This document shows positions 50,345 to 62,734 of a DNA stretch of 64,000 bases, one piece after another (position 1 is the first letter of the stretch; every line of letters starts with the position of its first letter). The DNA is taken from the NCBI RefSeq assembly GCF_018350175.1, contig NC_058368.1, positions 95,854,001 through 95,918,000 on the forward strand, read 5' to 3'. This DNA comes from Felis catus. Taxonomy: Eukaryota. The notes below the pieces were generated by a model. It made no database searches. It was given only the letters and a program-made list of their open reading frames with translations, and was not told the DNA's origin. Made by a program: the position numbers and the translations under genes.

Positions 50345-50719
50345 ACAAACTATCTTTTAAAATGAACACAGAAATCTGTGGTCTAAAATCAGTAAACTAT
50401 TTAAGAATGTCAAAGTTGGTGGGAACCTCAGCATTAAATACCCCATCTGGTAGCCTGGCAACTTAACTTACTTCTCTTGAATCTTGTGTAATCATTCAAT
50501 TGTTTTTGAGAGAGTTAAGTCAACAGTGTTGTTTAATGTGTATTCTGAAATCAACTCTGCCAATGTTTCAGATTTAAGGAGTGTATGTCCACACACGTGT
50601 GTGTGTGTGTGTGTGTGTGTTTACATGTATCTAGATCTAGATCTGTATTTATATCTATCTCTCTATATCTATATATATCTCTCTATATATCTGTATCTAT
50701 CTATCCATCTATCATGAAA

Positions 50720-51310
50720 ATTACAGAGTTCGCTAATAGACTGAATGTAAGGGTGCAGTAGAAGCAAATTCAAACTCTCAGGTTTCTGATTGAAGGACTG
50801 AGTTGAAAGCAGTGACTTTTTCTGAGATATTGAACATTAGCAAAGAATCAGTGTTTGAAGACTGTAAGTTCACTTTGGGACCTGTTGACTTTGGATCTCC
50901 TCTGAGACATCAAAGAGTAGATGTCAAAATGCAAATAGGTAGAAAAGTATGTGCCTCAAAGAAGATAGGTGGTGGACTTAGATATACATTTGTGAATTAC
51001 CTGTATATGGTTCACCTAAGTCATGTACATAAACAAGACAGTGGAGGGAAAAAGAATAGCATGAGGAGAGGCTTTAGGACAGAAATTTGAAGAATGTTAA
51101 TGTTTATTACACAAACCAAATGTTTACAAAGTAGATATGGAAGGAGTGGTACACAGGGATGGGGAAATAATAAACGCCAAAGGTATTCTTTTACGAATTG
51201 GTCTATTATGTTGATGGTACTTAAAATTCAAGTACAATGTGGACTCGTGAGGTTTAGCGAGATGGAGATCACTGTTGACTGGGGTAAGAGCTGTTTCAGT
51301 GGAGCCGGGA
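50720..51310 (-). mobile_element. L2 fragment
   Basis: gagttcgctaatagactgaatgtaaggg...gtaagttcactttgggacctgttgacttt...gagacatcaaagagtagatgtc. Confidence 0.65.
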
Positions 51311-52679
51311 ATTGAGACACTATTTGCTTTAAAAAATTTTTTTAAAAAGAGGGTATTTTAAGTAGATTTATTTCTTATTTCTAGGTACTTTTTTTTTTAA
51401 GAAAAAAAATGTTGCAGAAAATAGATTTGATAAAAGGTGGACATTGGTAACTAAAATCTTAAAAGCATTGCCATATTAGAGCATATAGTAGATGAAACAC
51501 TTCTGTGTACATTAACTCATAAGAACCTTAGGATCCTACCTTCGTGAACAATGTTCTGAAATCTATACACGGACGCCTATTCCATTGCCTTAAGGTAATC
51601 ATTTACGGAGTAACGTGGTTGTAATCTTTTGCAGGACAAATTATAACAACTCAGAAAAATAACAGTTTAAATTACTTAATTACATAGTAATTTTTTATTC
51701 AGAACGTTTATTAAGGAAAGGTGAACATACACATACTTTTTGCTAATGAAAAACTACTTAAGTATTAAAATACTATCTAAACAGTGTATAGATAGTAAAA
51801 CTGAACGTTTGAAGGAGAAATAAGACAAGCCCTCTCAATGGCAGCTTTCCCACATTTAGCTCCATTCATGAAGAGAACAGACAGGATGTGTAGCTGACCT
51901 TCACCTGTTCGACAGGAATGTCTCTAGAAACTCATGAAGGGCAGTTGTGCATTTCAGACTCTCCAAATAAGGCATCTACAATTAAACTCGGCACATGTTC
52001 TATTTCTTCAAGCCTCTATAAAAATAGGTTTGAAAATACAAGATTAAATGAGAAACATGCTTCAAAGCCACTTTCTCTCATTTGAACTGACACAGATGTC
52101 TGAAGTCATTTCATAAAATAATTTTAATCCGTGTCTATGATACAGCATTGATAAGTGACCAAGGAAGAGGAAAGGAAAAGAATAGCTAATCTGGTAATTG
52201 ATATAGTGTCTGATTTAGTCTGATTTAAGTTCCACTTTACTAACTTAAACGCTCTAGTGAAAGAGTAGTACATATTAGATTGGAGAACACTGATGGTTGA
52301 TCTTTCATTTATTCCTTAGTGTCTTTTTAAAATTCACCAAATGTTTGCAATAGTAAAGCGATCAAATTCATAGCCCCATTGGTTAAGTATTACTTTAATT
52401 TGTACAAGTAACATTCAGATATTAATTTGCCTACCGCTCGTAATCATCACTGAGGAAAAAAAAATCCTGTCCCTCGAAACCAAATCTAATTTTACTAAAA
52501 TAAAATCTCTTCTGATTTATGTGGGGGCATATGCTGATTTTAATTATAGAGAGAATTTTATCTGAACAGCAACTGGACATTAACCTTCACATCTTAAAAT
52601 AAATGTCCTGGAAAACAATTCAATCAGCCCATATTATCTTTACATCAATACAACAGTCGTGTGGGGAGCGGGGTGGGGG

Positions 52680-52900
52680 GGGGTGCCTGGATGGCTCATT
52701 CGGTTAAGCGTAGGTTAAGTGTCTGGCTTTTGATTTCAGCTCAGGTCGTGATCTGGTGGTCTTGAGACTGAGCCCTGCACAGGGCTCTGTGCTGAGTGTG
52801 GAGCCTATGTGGGATTCTCTCTCCCCCTCTCTCTTGCCCCACACCCTCTTGCGTGTACGTGCTCTCTCTTTCTCAAAATAAATAAATAAACAATTAAAAA
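52680..52900 (+). mobile_element. Can-SINE with G-rich 5' extension
   Basis: TSD aatacaacagtc 52647-52658 / 52901-52912. Confidence 0.94.
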
Positions 52901-53781
52901 AATACAACAGTCAGAGGCTGTTTAATGGTGGCAATCCAACAAAAGGTTTACAAAACTGATAAATATTTACCGTGGAGTCAGTGACTAATTAAAATCACAT
53001 AAGTGAAGGATCAGGTATTCAAACCTTCAAGTTTTGGGGGGGACTTTGAAAATTCAAAAATCCAGTGAGCAGAGCCTTTCAAGAATAAATGAAGAATTCT
53101 TGTTACATAATTAACGAGGACAGTGCACAAGAAAAGATTGTGTTAAAAACATGCCCATTATCTTTCAGCCTCTGGGCAAGCACATAGCATTCTCTGAAGG
53201 AATATGACACTGCAAAGTTTTGGACCATATGCATTCAAGTGTCTCTTCCCAGCTGAATATACTCTGTTCCTATTACATAAGCATCTCCCCATTCTACTCC
53301 AAGCCCACCAAAACTAAAGAACAAGAAAACAACATGCCTTTGGGTAATCTCGATTCAATTTCGATATGGCAAATAATTTCAAAATGACACAACATATTCT
53401 TAAAGTTGCCAAGGGAACTTTTTTTTTTTCCATAAAATTCACCTTGATTCATCTTTGGTTTCAGTAGCTTCATTGATCACCAAACTCCAAATAATGAGTT
53501 AAAATATGACTTCACACAACTCATGTCTATGATAACAGGTAACTGAGCCATAGGATCAAAAAAAAAACAAAAAGCCCCTTGAGACAAATATGTTACGGCG
53601 ATGGCAGCTGTGTAGCAATGACGGGTTGCAGTAATTGTGCCTATGTGTATTGTAGGCAAGCACTTGCACATCAAAGTGAGTTTCAAGAACCATTGGCTCA
53701 GTTGTGATCATGTGATGTTCGGCATCACGTACTACCCTTGTTGCAAGACATTGCTCGTTTATGAAGTTAGAATTTATTAGA

Positions 53782-53965
53782 GGGCCAACTTCGGCTCAGG
53801 TCACGATCTCAGGGTTCGTGAGTTCGAGCCCCTCGTTGGGCTCTGTGCTGACAGCTCTGAGCCTGGAGCCTGCTTCGTATTCTGTGTCTCCCTCTCTCTC
53901 TGCCCCTCCCCCACTCATCCTCTGTCTCTCTCTGTCTCAGAAATAAATAAACATTAAAAAACCTT
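53782..53965 (+). mobile_element. Can-SINE lacking the A-box region
   Basis: Starts at ccaacttcggctcagg; B-box, CT tract and tail present. Confidence 0.93.
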
Positions 53966-54319
53966 TTAAAAATCCTCAATTTGGGATAATTACATGTCCG
54001 ATAAATGTGAGGGCAAGAAAAGCAGGTAGAGGTAGTATCACACATGTTGTAAGTAAGGAAAAATGGTGTAAATGATACAGGATCAAATTACGTGGAAAAA
54101 GCATAATTGATCCGCAAATACATCACTGACTTTATTCAAACCAAGGCAGTAATAAGTCACAAAGCAAAACAGTTAGAAATAAAGTGACTTATGAACAATT
54201 AAAAAAAAAAAGATAATGAAAATTCTAGTATGCCACTATGGTTCACTGGCGGATCACATGGACAAAATAGTAATTACAGTTGCCATTAACTTGGAGCCAA
54301 GTTTTATGTATGTGATTCT

Positions 54320-54460
54320 TGATGCTTAGCAAAGTTTTGTGCTGTTTTATAAGTGAGAAAATTGAGGCTCGAGAAAGTAAGTAACTTGCTTGGGTTAGTA
54401 GCACTCTTAAGTGATAGAGCTTGGATTTGAAATAAAATTCCTGTGACTACAGGCCATCAC
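54320..54460 (-). mobile_element. MIR fragment
   Basis: ttttataagtgagaaaattgaggctcgagaaagtaagtaacttgc...agagcttggatttgaa. Confidence 0.7.
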
Positions 54461-55389
54461 ACTTAGAAACAAAGCTATTATTTGAAGAAATGCTAGATAC
54501 CATTAAATAGATGTGTGGAATTAATAAGGATGTGGAAGATAAGAGATGTAAATTTTTTCAAATGCATCTAAAAACCACATATCAAAGGTGCTACTTTGAA
54601 AATAGAAGATACAACTTCTGTAAGTATACGTGAAACTTATTTGCAAAATTTGAAAATTCAAAAAAGTATTTGCAAAATGTTGTAGTTAAGACACAGAGAA
54701 GCCTAAATTTCTTAATATTAGCAATAATGTAAAATAATGCAAAATAAACTGGAAAATAGAAAAACTCTAATCATTTATGACACTTTAAAAGCTGGCTATT
54801 TGAGGTGTGAGAGAGAGAGAGAGAGAGAGAGGGAGGGAGGGAAGGAGATTGATTAATGGCTGATTCAATAGGGAATATATTCAAAAGTCAAATTTAAGCA
54901 AAAATGTTTACAAAGAATAATCGTAGACAAAGGGTAAAAGGAAATGGATTATAAATGAAAAGATTTATCATCTCTATGCAAGGAATACTGACAATCATAA
55001 CATTACTCAGCTTAACCCTAGAAGAGATAAGAAATGAAAGTAGGATAATCATTAACGATGACATTTAAAAATTTGTCCAAGAATACCCTTTATAAAAGCG
55101 TTAGGCTGTGGATGTACCTCCCCTGAATCCTATCTGCTCTGATGTTGTTTTATGGTTGTATTTTATTTCTTTCAATTACTGTTCAATTATTTTTGCAATA
55201 GTTTAGATGAGTCCCATAAAGGCAGAGTGAATACTAGGGTAAACACTAATATCACATTTATTTAGCATTGTTCTGAAATTACTGCCAATATAATTAGATC
55301 AGTAGAATAACTAAGAGAATAAAAATTGGAAAGAATTTGTAGATGGTATGATGCAAAGCCTAGACATCAAAGAAACTCCATTAAAAACT

Positions 55390-55982
55390 GTCACAGTTTT
55401 ACTCTACAAGGGTCTGTCCAGACAAAGTACCACATACCGGGAAGCTTGAAAACAGAACTTAATTTCTGCACATTTTTGGAGACTAAGAGTCTGACCTCAA
55501 GATGTCAGAGGGCTATCTTGGGAAACTTCTATCTTTGGTTTGTAGATGGCCACCTTCTTCCAATGTCTCCCCATGGTTTTCCCTCTGTCTCCGTCCTAAA
55601 CACCTCTTCTTATAACACAAGTCATGTTGGATTAGAGCTCACCATTATGATATTAAAAAAAATTAGTGTTTATTTTTGAGAGAGAGAAAGAGAGAGAGAG
55701 AGAAAGAAAGAACATTAGCGGGGAAGGGGCAGAGGGAGAGACCCACAAAGAAACCCAAGCAGGCTCCAGGCTCATAGCTATCTGCACAGAGCTGGTCACA
55801 GGGCTCGAACCCACAAAGCAACCTGAGCTGTTTAATTGACTGAACCACCCAGGTGCCCCTATGATATTTTTAAATCCTAATTACTTTTTTAGAGGACCTA
55901 TCCCTAAATACAGTCACATTCTTAAGTACTGGGGATTAGGACTTTAACATAAGAAGTTTAGGGCACATAATTGAGCCCATTA
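55390..55982 (-). mobile_element. MLT1-type (MaLR) solo LTR split by a SINE
   Basis: acaaagtaccaca...tggtttgtagatggccaccttct...aaatacagtcacattcttaagtactggggattaggacttt...cacataattgagccca. Confidence 0.8.
55652..55859 (-). mobile_element. Can-SINE
   Basis: Antisense body; flanks tatgatatt. Confidence 0.92.
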
Positions 55983-56071
55983 GAGAATTTAACACAGATT
56001 TCAGTAAAGTAATAGATTAGAAAATTAACCACTAAGATATCATCTTTTCTAATATCAAGGAGTAAATGATT

Positions 56072-56261
56072 ATTTTTTTGATGTTATTTCTTTTTGAGAT
56101 AGACACAGAGCACGGGCAGGGGAGGGGCAGAGAGAGAGGAAGACACAGAATCTGAAGCAGGCTCCAGGCTCCGAGCTGTCAGCACGGACTCGAACTCACA
56201 AACTGAGATCATGACCTGAGCGGAAGTCAGACACTTAATCTGCTGAGCCACCAGGTGCCTC
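56072..56261 (-). mobile_element. Can-SINE with small deletions
   Basis: Antisense body. Confidence 0.92.
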
Positions 56262-56570
56262 GGATTAAAAACGTGGTGGAAGAAAGGAGACCTTATATAA
56301 CATTCACAGAATGGTAATGCAGCTTAGGAAGGATGGTTAAGATGGGCACTGGGCACTCGGGACATTTTGAGAGGCTGGACAAATATCAAAGGGCTTTGCA
56401 AAAGAACAAAATTGTGTTCATTGTACAGAAAGAAAGAAAGCCCTCCTCTAAAAAATCAAAATATGAGTTTACTCTCCAGACTGAAGGCTTTTCAGAAAGA
56501 AACAAGGATCTTCGTGTCTTTCTCTAAAATTAGCCAATAAGCTGATAGAGTGGTTTCAGGTGTCATTTTA

Positions 56571-56793
56571 TTTTTTTTTTTATTTTTATTTTTTTATTTT
56601 TTATTTTTGGGACAGAGAGAGACAGAGCATGAACGGGGGAGGGCCAGAGAGAGAGGGAGACACAGAATCGGAAACAGGCTCCAGGCTCCGAGCCATCAGC
56701 CCAGAGCCTGACGCGGGGCTCGAACTCACGGACCGCAAGATCGTGACCTGGCTGAAGTCGGGCGCTTAACCGACTGCGCCACCCAGGCGCCCC
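56571..56793 (-). mobile_element. Young SINEC_Fc
   Basis: CpGs intact; perfect TSD tcaggtgtcatttta 56556-56570 / 56794-56808. Confidence 0.97.
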
Positions 56794-57074
56794 TCAGGTG
56801 TCATTTTAAACACTGACTTTGCAAGTAAAATATATTAGTGTTTTATGAAAGTCAAAACCACCCTTGATTTTGTATGGCTTTAGCTTTCATCGGAAGAACC
56901 ATGCTTGAGCTAAAATAAGACGGTAGAAGAAACCTAGTGTTATAATGTTGGTTTAAAATAAGTTAACTTTTAAACCAGTGAAGTGAAAAGCAAGTGATTT
57001 TTCCTCCTATTTTCTGTTCTTCTATATGCTAAAGTGTCTTCTTTTTTAGTACCATGAAGTTAAACTAAAAAAAA

Positions 57075-57277
57075 AAAATTAATGTTTATTTTTGAGAGAA
57101 AGAGACAGAGCATGAGTGGGGGAGGGGAAGAAAGTGAGGGAGACACAGAATCTGAAGCAGGCTCCAGGCTCTGAGCTGTCAGCACAGAGCCCAATGTGGG
57201 GCTCGAACTCACGAACTGTGAGATCATGACCTGAGCCAAAATCGGGTGCTTAACCGACTGAGCCACCCAGGTGCCCC
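57075..57277 (-). mobile_element. Can-SINE
   Basis: Antisense body. Confidence 0.94.
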
Positions 57278-57884
57278 ATGGAATTACATATTTTAAGAAA
57301 GGACCATATATTTCTAGACCATTGACTGGTGAGTGAACCTCACAGAGATCTTTCTACCTGGCAAGCCCCAGGCCTTCTTGTCAGGCTGTCTCTAGTTTCT
57401 CTCCTTTTCTTGCTACAAATGCTCAGCTTGATTTCTATTCTGTCACAGTTTGCCATCATGCCCACTTGCCTTTCAGGAAGTTCTGAGCTGAGTTTTGCAG
57501 CACTGATGGACAAAACCTATCCAGACACCCAACCTCAACCCCACCCACATAGCTGCCCCCGATGAAATTCACTCCAGAACTTTCCAGTCAAGCTTTTCAC
57601 TGCTGATCTCTATGGTGAAAGACAGGATGGTGACCAGAGGAACTCAAAAAGCTTAAGGTTCTCACATTCCTTATCTCTGTCTCAGAGTCATGTCTGCCAC
57701 TTTTATACCAATATATTTCCAATGGCATTTGATGGAATTCAACCTGCTTCAAAAATACCTGCTATAAAAGGCAAAGAGAACTCTTTCAGGTATCTCCAAA
57801 ATTTAAGCCTAAAATATTGAGTGACTAAACTATCACAGCAAAATAAATGAGTCCTGATCAGAGTCTAATGTGGAGCTTTCTTAT

Positions 57885-57886
<2 letters not shown>

Positions 57887-57940
<54 letters not shown>
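57887..57940 (+). repeat. (GA)n microsatellite
   Basis: Direct reading. Confidence 0.95.
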
Positions 57941-57944
<4 letters not shown>

Positions 57945-58254
57945 CTTAACCCTAATTAGATGCTTCACTTGATTAATACTCAAAAAGCATCACTTTAATA
58001 AAAAAGTATATAAATACAAAATATATACATCTTGGAAATCAAACATAATGGTAAACAAGACCACCTGTAGAAATTTTAAATCTTAATACAATTTTTTTTT
58101 TTACCATCTGAAACTTTGAAATGTATTGATTTTGTTTTGGAATATGGCTACGAGATGTGTTTGCTTTTAAGATGGGAAAAGCACATCCAATGTTCTGTAG
58201 GTCACGTCTTTCCCCTGTATAGAATGTGTGGGATGGCTTCCTGAAGACTTTGAA

Positions 58255-59320
58255 AAATAAATAATAGCAGGCAAAAGGGGAGAGGAAACCAGAGTTTCAA
58301 GTGGGATTGCTCTGGTGGTGAGTTTCCTGTTTCTGTTTTGTTTGCTTTTGTTTTTGTTTTCTTACCATACCTCCCATCCTGGATATAAAAGGAACCTGAA
58401 TTCTGGAATTGTGCACAGAGTGCAGACACAAATTGCTCTAAGAGAAGCCCTTTCTTGCTGATCTTGGCATCAAGAGAGGCTTATGAAGAGAGAAAATGGG
58501 GAAAAGTTGTCCGTATATTTTATTTCCCCTGCCCCAGCTCCCAGACCATCCTCAGTTTTAAGGCAATAATTCTATTATGGCAGCAATGACTGTCGTCGCC
58601 AGGCAAGCAACTAAAACTCAGAGGGACGAGACTCCCCTCACCAGATGAATGGTCTACTGAAGGTTGGTGGTGATGGAGTGATAACTTCATTAATCCTCCT
58701 TCTATCCCTTGGCCTCAGAAGCAGGCATAGTTACTGGAAGTTTGCATCAGAGCAAGGAAAGTAAAGTCCTCCTTCTCTAGGTAGATGGTCAGAAAGGGGC
58801 ACTTGGAGAGCCAGAGAGTATTGGGAAGATCGCAGAGAGTAGGCACCTCAAGAAGCTGAACCCCAAAAGTTGATGAGATAGGAACTCTTGGGCTCCATCC
58901 AAACTGCACATGCAAGAGTCTGACCCTCAACAGCACACCAAAATCTTTGAGAACATCAGAGTGGACCTTGGATGGAACACATGGGAAACAGGGTCAAAGA
59001 ACACTTCAAGATGTCCAAGATCCAATACAAAGTTACTAGACCACAAAAAATGCCAAGACTCTCAGGGGGTAAAAAAAAAATTCAAAATATGCCCAAACCA
59101 AGGTTACCCAACTGCTGGGGTTACTAGACACAACCTTTGAAGGAACCATCAAAACCTTGCTCTGAGGAGTAAGCTCCAATACTCCTAAAATTTTAGAGAG
59201 AATAGAACTATGGACAACCCTAACTCTGAAAAGTAAAATAAACCAAATTGAAAAAAAAAAACAAAAACTGGGTAAACTCAATAGGAAAACAATGATGAGT
59301 TTGGAAAAATCACTGTCCTC
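58255..59320 (+). mobile_element. Probable old L1M 5' region remnant
   Basis: Resembles recalled L1M 5'-end sequence (ttctggaattgtgcacagagtgcagacac, atggacaaccctaact); abuts an antisense L1. Confidence 0.4.
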
Positions 59321-59339
59321 TTTCATTTTATTTATTTAT

Positions 59340-61566
59340 TTTTTTAGCTGTTTCTCGTAGTAACTTCTGAGAAAAAGATCTTAAAGCAGAACTAATAGCA
59401 TAGGTATTGAATTTTATCAGATTATTTGCTCAGCATTTTTTGAGATGGCCAGATGATGTCATTTCCTTGTATTCTGTCAACATAGTGAATAATAGGGATT
59501 GATTGTGAAAAGGTGGGCCACCCTTGCTTTCCTGGAATACAACTCACTTTTTAGTGATGTATTACCTCCTTTACATATCGTTTGACTCAATTTGCTAATA
59601 TTTACTAAGAGTTTTTGAGTCACTGTTCATGAGGGATAATGTCCTTGTCAGACTCTGAAGTTAAGTTTATACTAGCCTTAGGAAATCAGCCAATGACTGT
59701 TACTTCCTCTTCTAGTTTCTGAAAATGTAGTGTGAGATTGTGCCGCCATCTAGTTCAAGAGTTTTCTACATGGAAATGCAATTTCATTTAGTTGATATTT
59801 CAGTTTTGTATTCCCTCTAGTATCAGTTTTTTATTAATTGTGTTTTCAAGGACATTTTTTGCATTTTCTATAAGCTATCATATTCATTAGCATAAATTAT
59901 TCATAATACTCTTATTATTCTTTTAATTAATGATCTAACTAATATGTGTCCTTTAATACACGATATTAGCAATTTGCATTTTTACTTGCTTTTATCAGTT
60001 CAATTTTGCTAGAAGCCTATTAATTTTATTAATCTTCACAAAGAACTGATTTTTAGCTTTGTTAATATTCTTCTTGTGTGCATTTTCATTTTATTGATTT
60101 CTACTTTTATCATTATTTTCTTTATATTTACTTTGAGATTAATTTGCTCTCTTTTCTCTGCTTACTCAGGAGAAACTTAAGCATTAAAGGTCATAATTTT
60201 CTTTGTAAGTTTGGTTGTAGCTGCACCCTCTATATTTTTATTATCATTCCTTTTGGAATGACTTTATTCTGATTTATGAGTTTTTTAAGAAGTCTGCTAT
60301 TGAAATTTTAAGTATTGGAAAATTTTTAAATAACATATCATGACTGATTTCCAATTTAACTTTATTTTGGTCTGAGAACATTATAATATTTTCATCATTT
60401 GAAATGTATTGGCATTTATTTTTATGGCCTTGCATGTGGTCTAACGTGATGAATGTTTCATGTGCACTTGAAAAGAATATCTATTCTGTAGTTGTTGAGT
60501 GTGGGCATTTGATAAAAATCCATTAGGTCAAAGTGATTGATATTGTGGTTCAAACAGGATATATTCTTACATTCTGTCAGTAACTGAAATTTCCAGGGTG
60601 ATTGTTCATTTGTCTTTCTTTCTCTGTAATATTACCCAATTTTGCTTTATGTATCCTGAAGCTGTATCATTAAGCGCACATGCATTAATAGTTGCGATCT
60701 TCGTGATAAACTTACTTTTGTGGCATTCCCAAATTGCCGTGTTTATCTCCAATAATATTTATTGGCTTGAAACCTACCTTTTCTTTAATGAAAAATTTCT
60801 TCACGCGAGATTTCATATATTTAGTGAATGAATAGTGGGGTTTTGTTCCCTGATGATTTTACTTTCAGCTTATCTGGGTCTTTAAATTTAACTTGTGGAA
60901 AATATATTTCTTCTAGAAATGTATAGTTGTTGCTTACTCTTAGGTCCATTCTGACAATATCTGCCTTTTAATTTGAGGACTTTTTTCTTAATATAATTTT
61001 TGATATACTTTGGTTTGGGTCTACTGTTTTGAAATTGCTTCATATTTGTTCATTCTGGTTCTGTTCCTTGGTTACTTCTTTCCTGCCATCTTGTATTTTG
61101 CTTGAATAATTTCTGCTATTCAATTTTAATTTTTTAGCTCTTATTATTCTGCATATAATGCTGCTCTGGGACTTAGAATACTAAGATTAGTATCTTGTAA
61201 CTCTGCTTAGAGTAAATATTGTTGCATTTCATTGAAAATGTAAGAAAGTTGTGACAATATAAAGTATTTTCCCCTCATGTTTTTTCCTCAGGGGGTTTTA
61301 TAAACCTCAAGCCTCACATTACAGTTTTTGTTTTATATGGTAAGTGTTTTTCAAAGTAATTAAGATAAGAATATCCACACATTTACCATTTCTGATGCTC
61401 TATATTTCCTGTATTAAATCTGAGTTTTCATCTTGCACTATTTTCCTTTAATTTTCTTAGGGAGCAAGCCTTGTCACAAATTCCGTAAATATTTCTTGAA
61501 GTATGTCTTTATTTTAGTTTCATTTTTGAAAGACACTTTCATTGAATACAGTTTCATTGAATCCAA

Positions 61567-61622
<56 letters not shown>

Positions 61623-61720
61623 GTGTGTGTGTATATATCTATATATCTATATATCTATATATGGCACTTTAAACATATTATTACATTGCCTTTGGGCCTC
61701 CATTGTATCATCTCTCTCTG
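59340..61720 (-). mobile_element. Old degraded L1 (L1M class)
   Basis: tattgaattttatcagatt, aatttgctaatattt, tgcacttgaaaagaatatctattctgtagttgttg; parallels the 7400-11000 copy. Confidence 0.8.
61568..61662 (+). repeat. (TA)n compound microsatellite
   Basis: Direct reading. Confidence 0.95.
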
Positions 61721-62734
61721 GCCCCTAATACGTGTGGGTCTTATGTAAAGAATTGGTCTGAATTTGTCACCATGACGCATAGGCAATTAAAGATAACTTA
61801 TGAACAAATATAAAAAATTAAAGTAAAACATACAAATACGAAATTGGATAATGTGATTTCCATTTTTGTCTCCATCCCTCTCTTGGCTCCTCCCTTCCCC
61901 ACTCATTGATCATGTATATTCTAGGTAGCCTGTTGTGCATTTTAGGTACAACATCTCTGAATTTTCACCAGAACACTAGCAGGGTACTATTTTTTTAATT
62001 CATCTTTAAAATGTGTACAACAATCGCAATTACACTGTTTTCAGGAGAAATAAGTGAGATAATGTTTACAAAATGTTTATGTGGCTCTCCATAATTCAAG
62101 GATAGTTGGTAAATTTTTCGTATGAGGGTTATTCTACGCATGCAAGTTATCAATTTATTACCTCTCACATTCAAATCTACCTTCTTTCCCATGCTTCTGA
62201 CACGGTTGCTGGACCCTTGTATACATTTCTTCTTTGCCATCTGGCTAAATGTTAGCTCTGTCAATTTAGGCCGTGGGAGGGATGCCACAAGGGTGGGATT
62301 CCCTTTCTACTTCAGTGTGTCATTTTTGGTGTAGGAGCTGCTATAGGAAGGTAGTACCCACCTTCTGTGCCCTCATGGACCTGCTCGGGCCCATGTGGTC
62401 TGTGAAAATCTATTTGCTCTAGACAAACTTCTTGTTCCCATGGCAGCCACACTTTCTCAAAGAGGCCTGAATGTCAGCCTTGGGCGCTTAGAATTGTTTG
62501 TTCATTCATTTGTTTATTCATTCATTCATGTATTCATTTAGTCGTGTTACTGCTTGGATTCTTTATTTAGACTTTCATCACCTGTCTAGTTTTCTATAGT
62601 ATATATGTCCTGTACATATGAGACATACTAACTGATCTCCCCCTACAATGAATTAAGTATGTCTCTTCAACTTTTACCATTTCTTTCTGGAGGCCTTTGG
62701 GCAGGTCAGACTGCTTGGGCCTGACTCTTAATTG

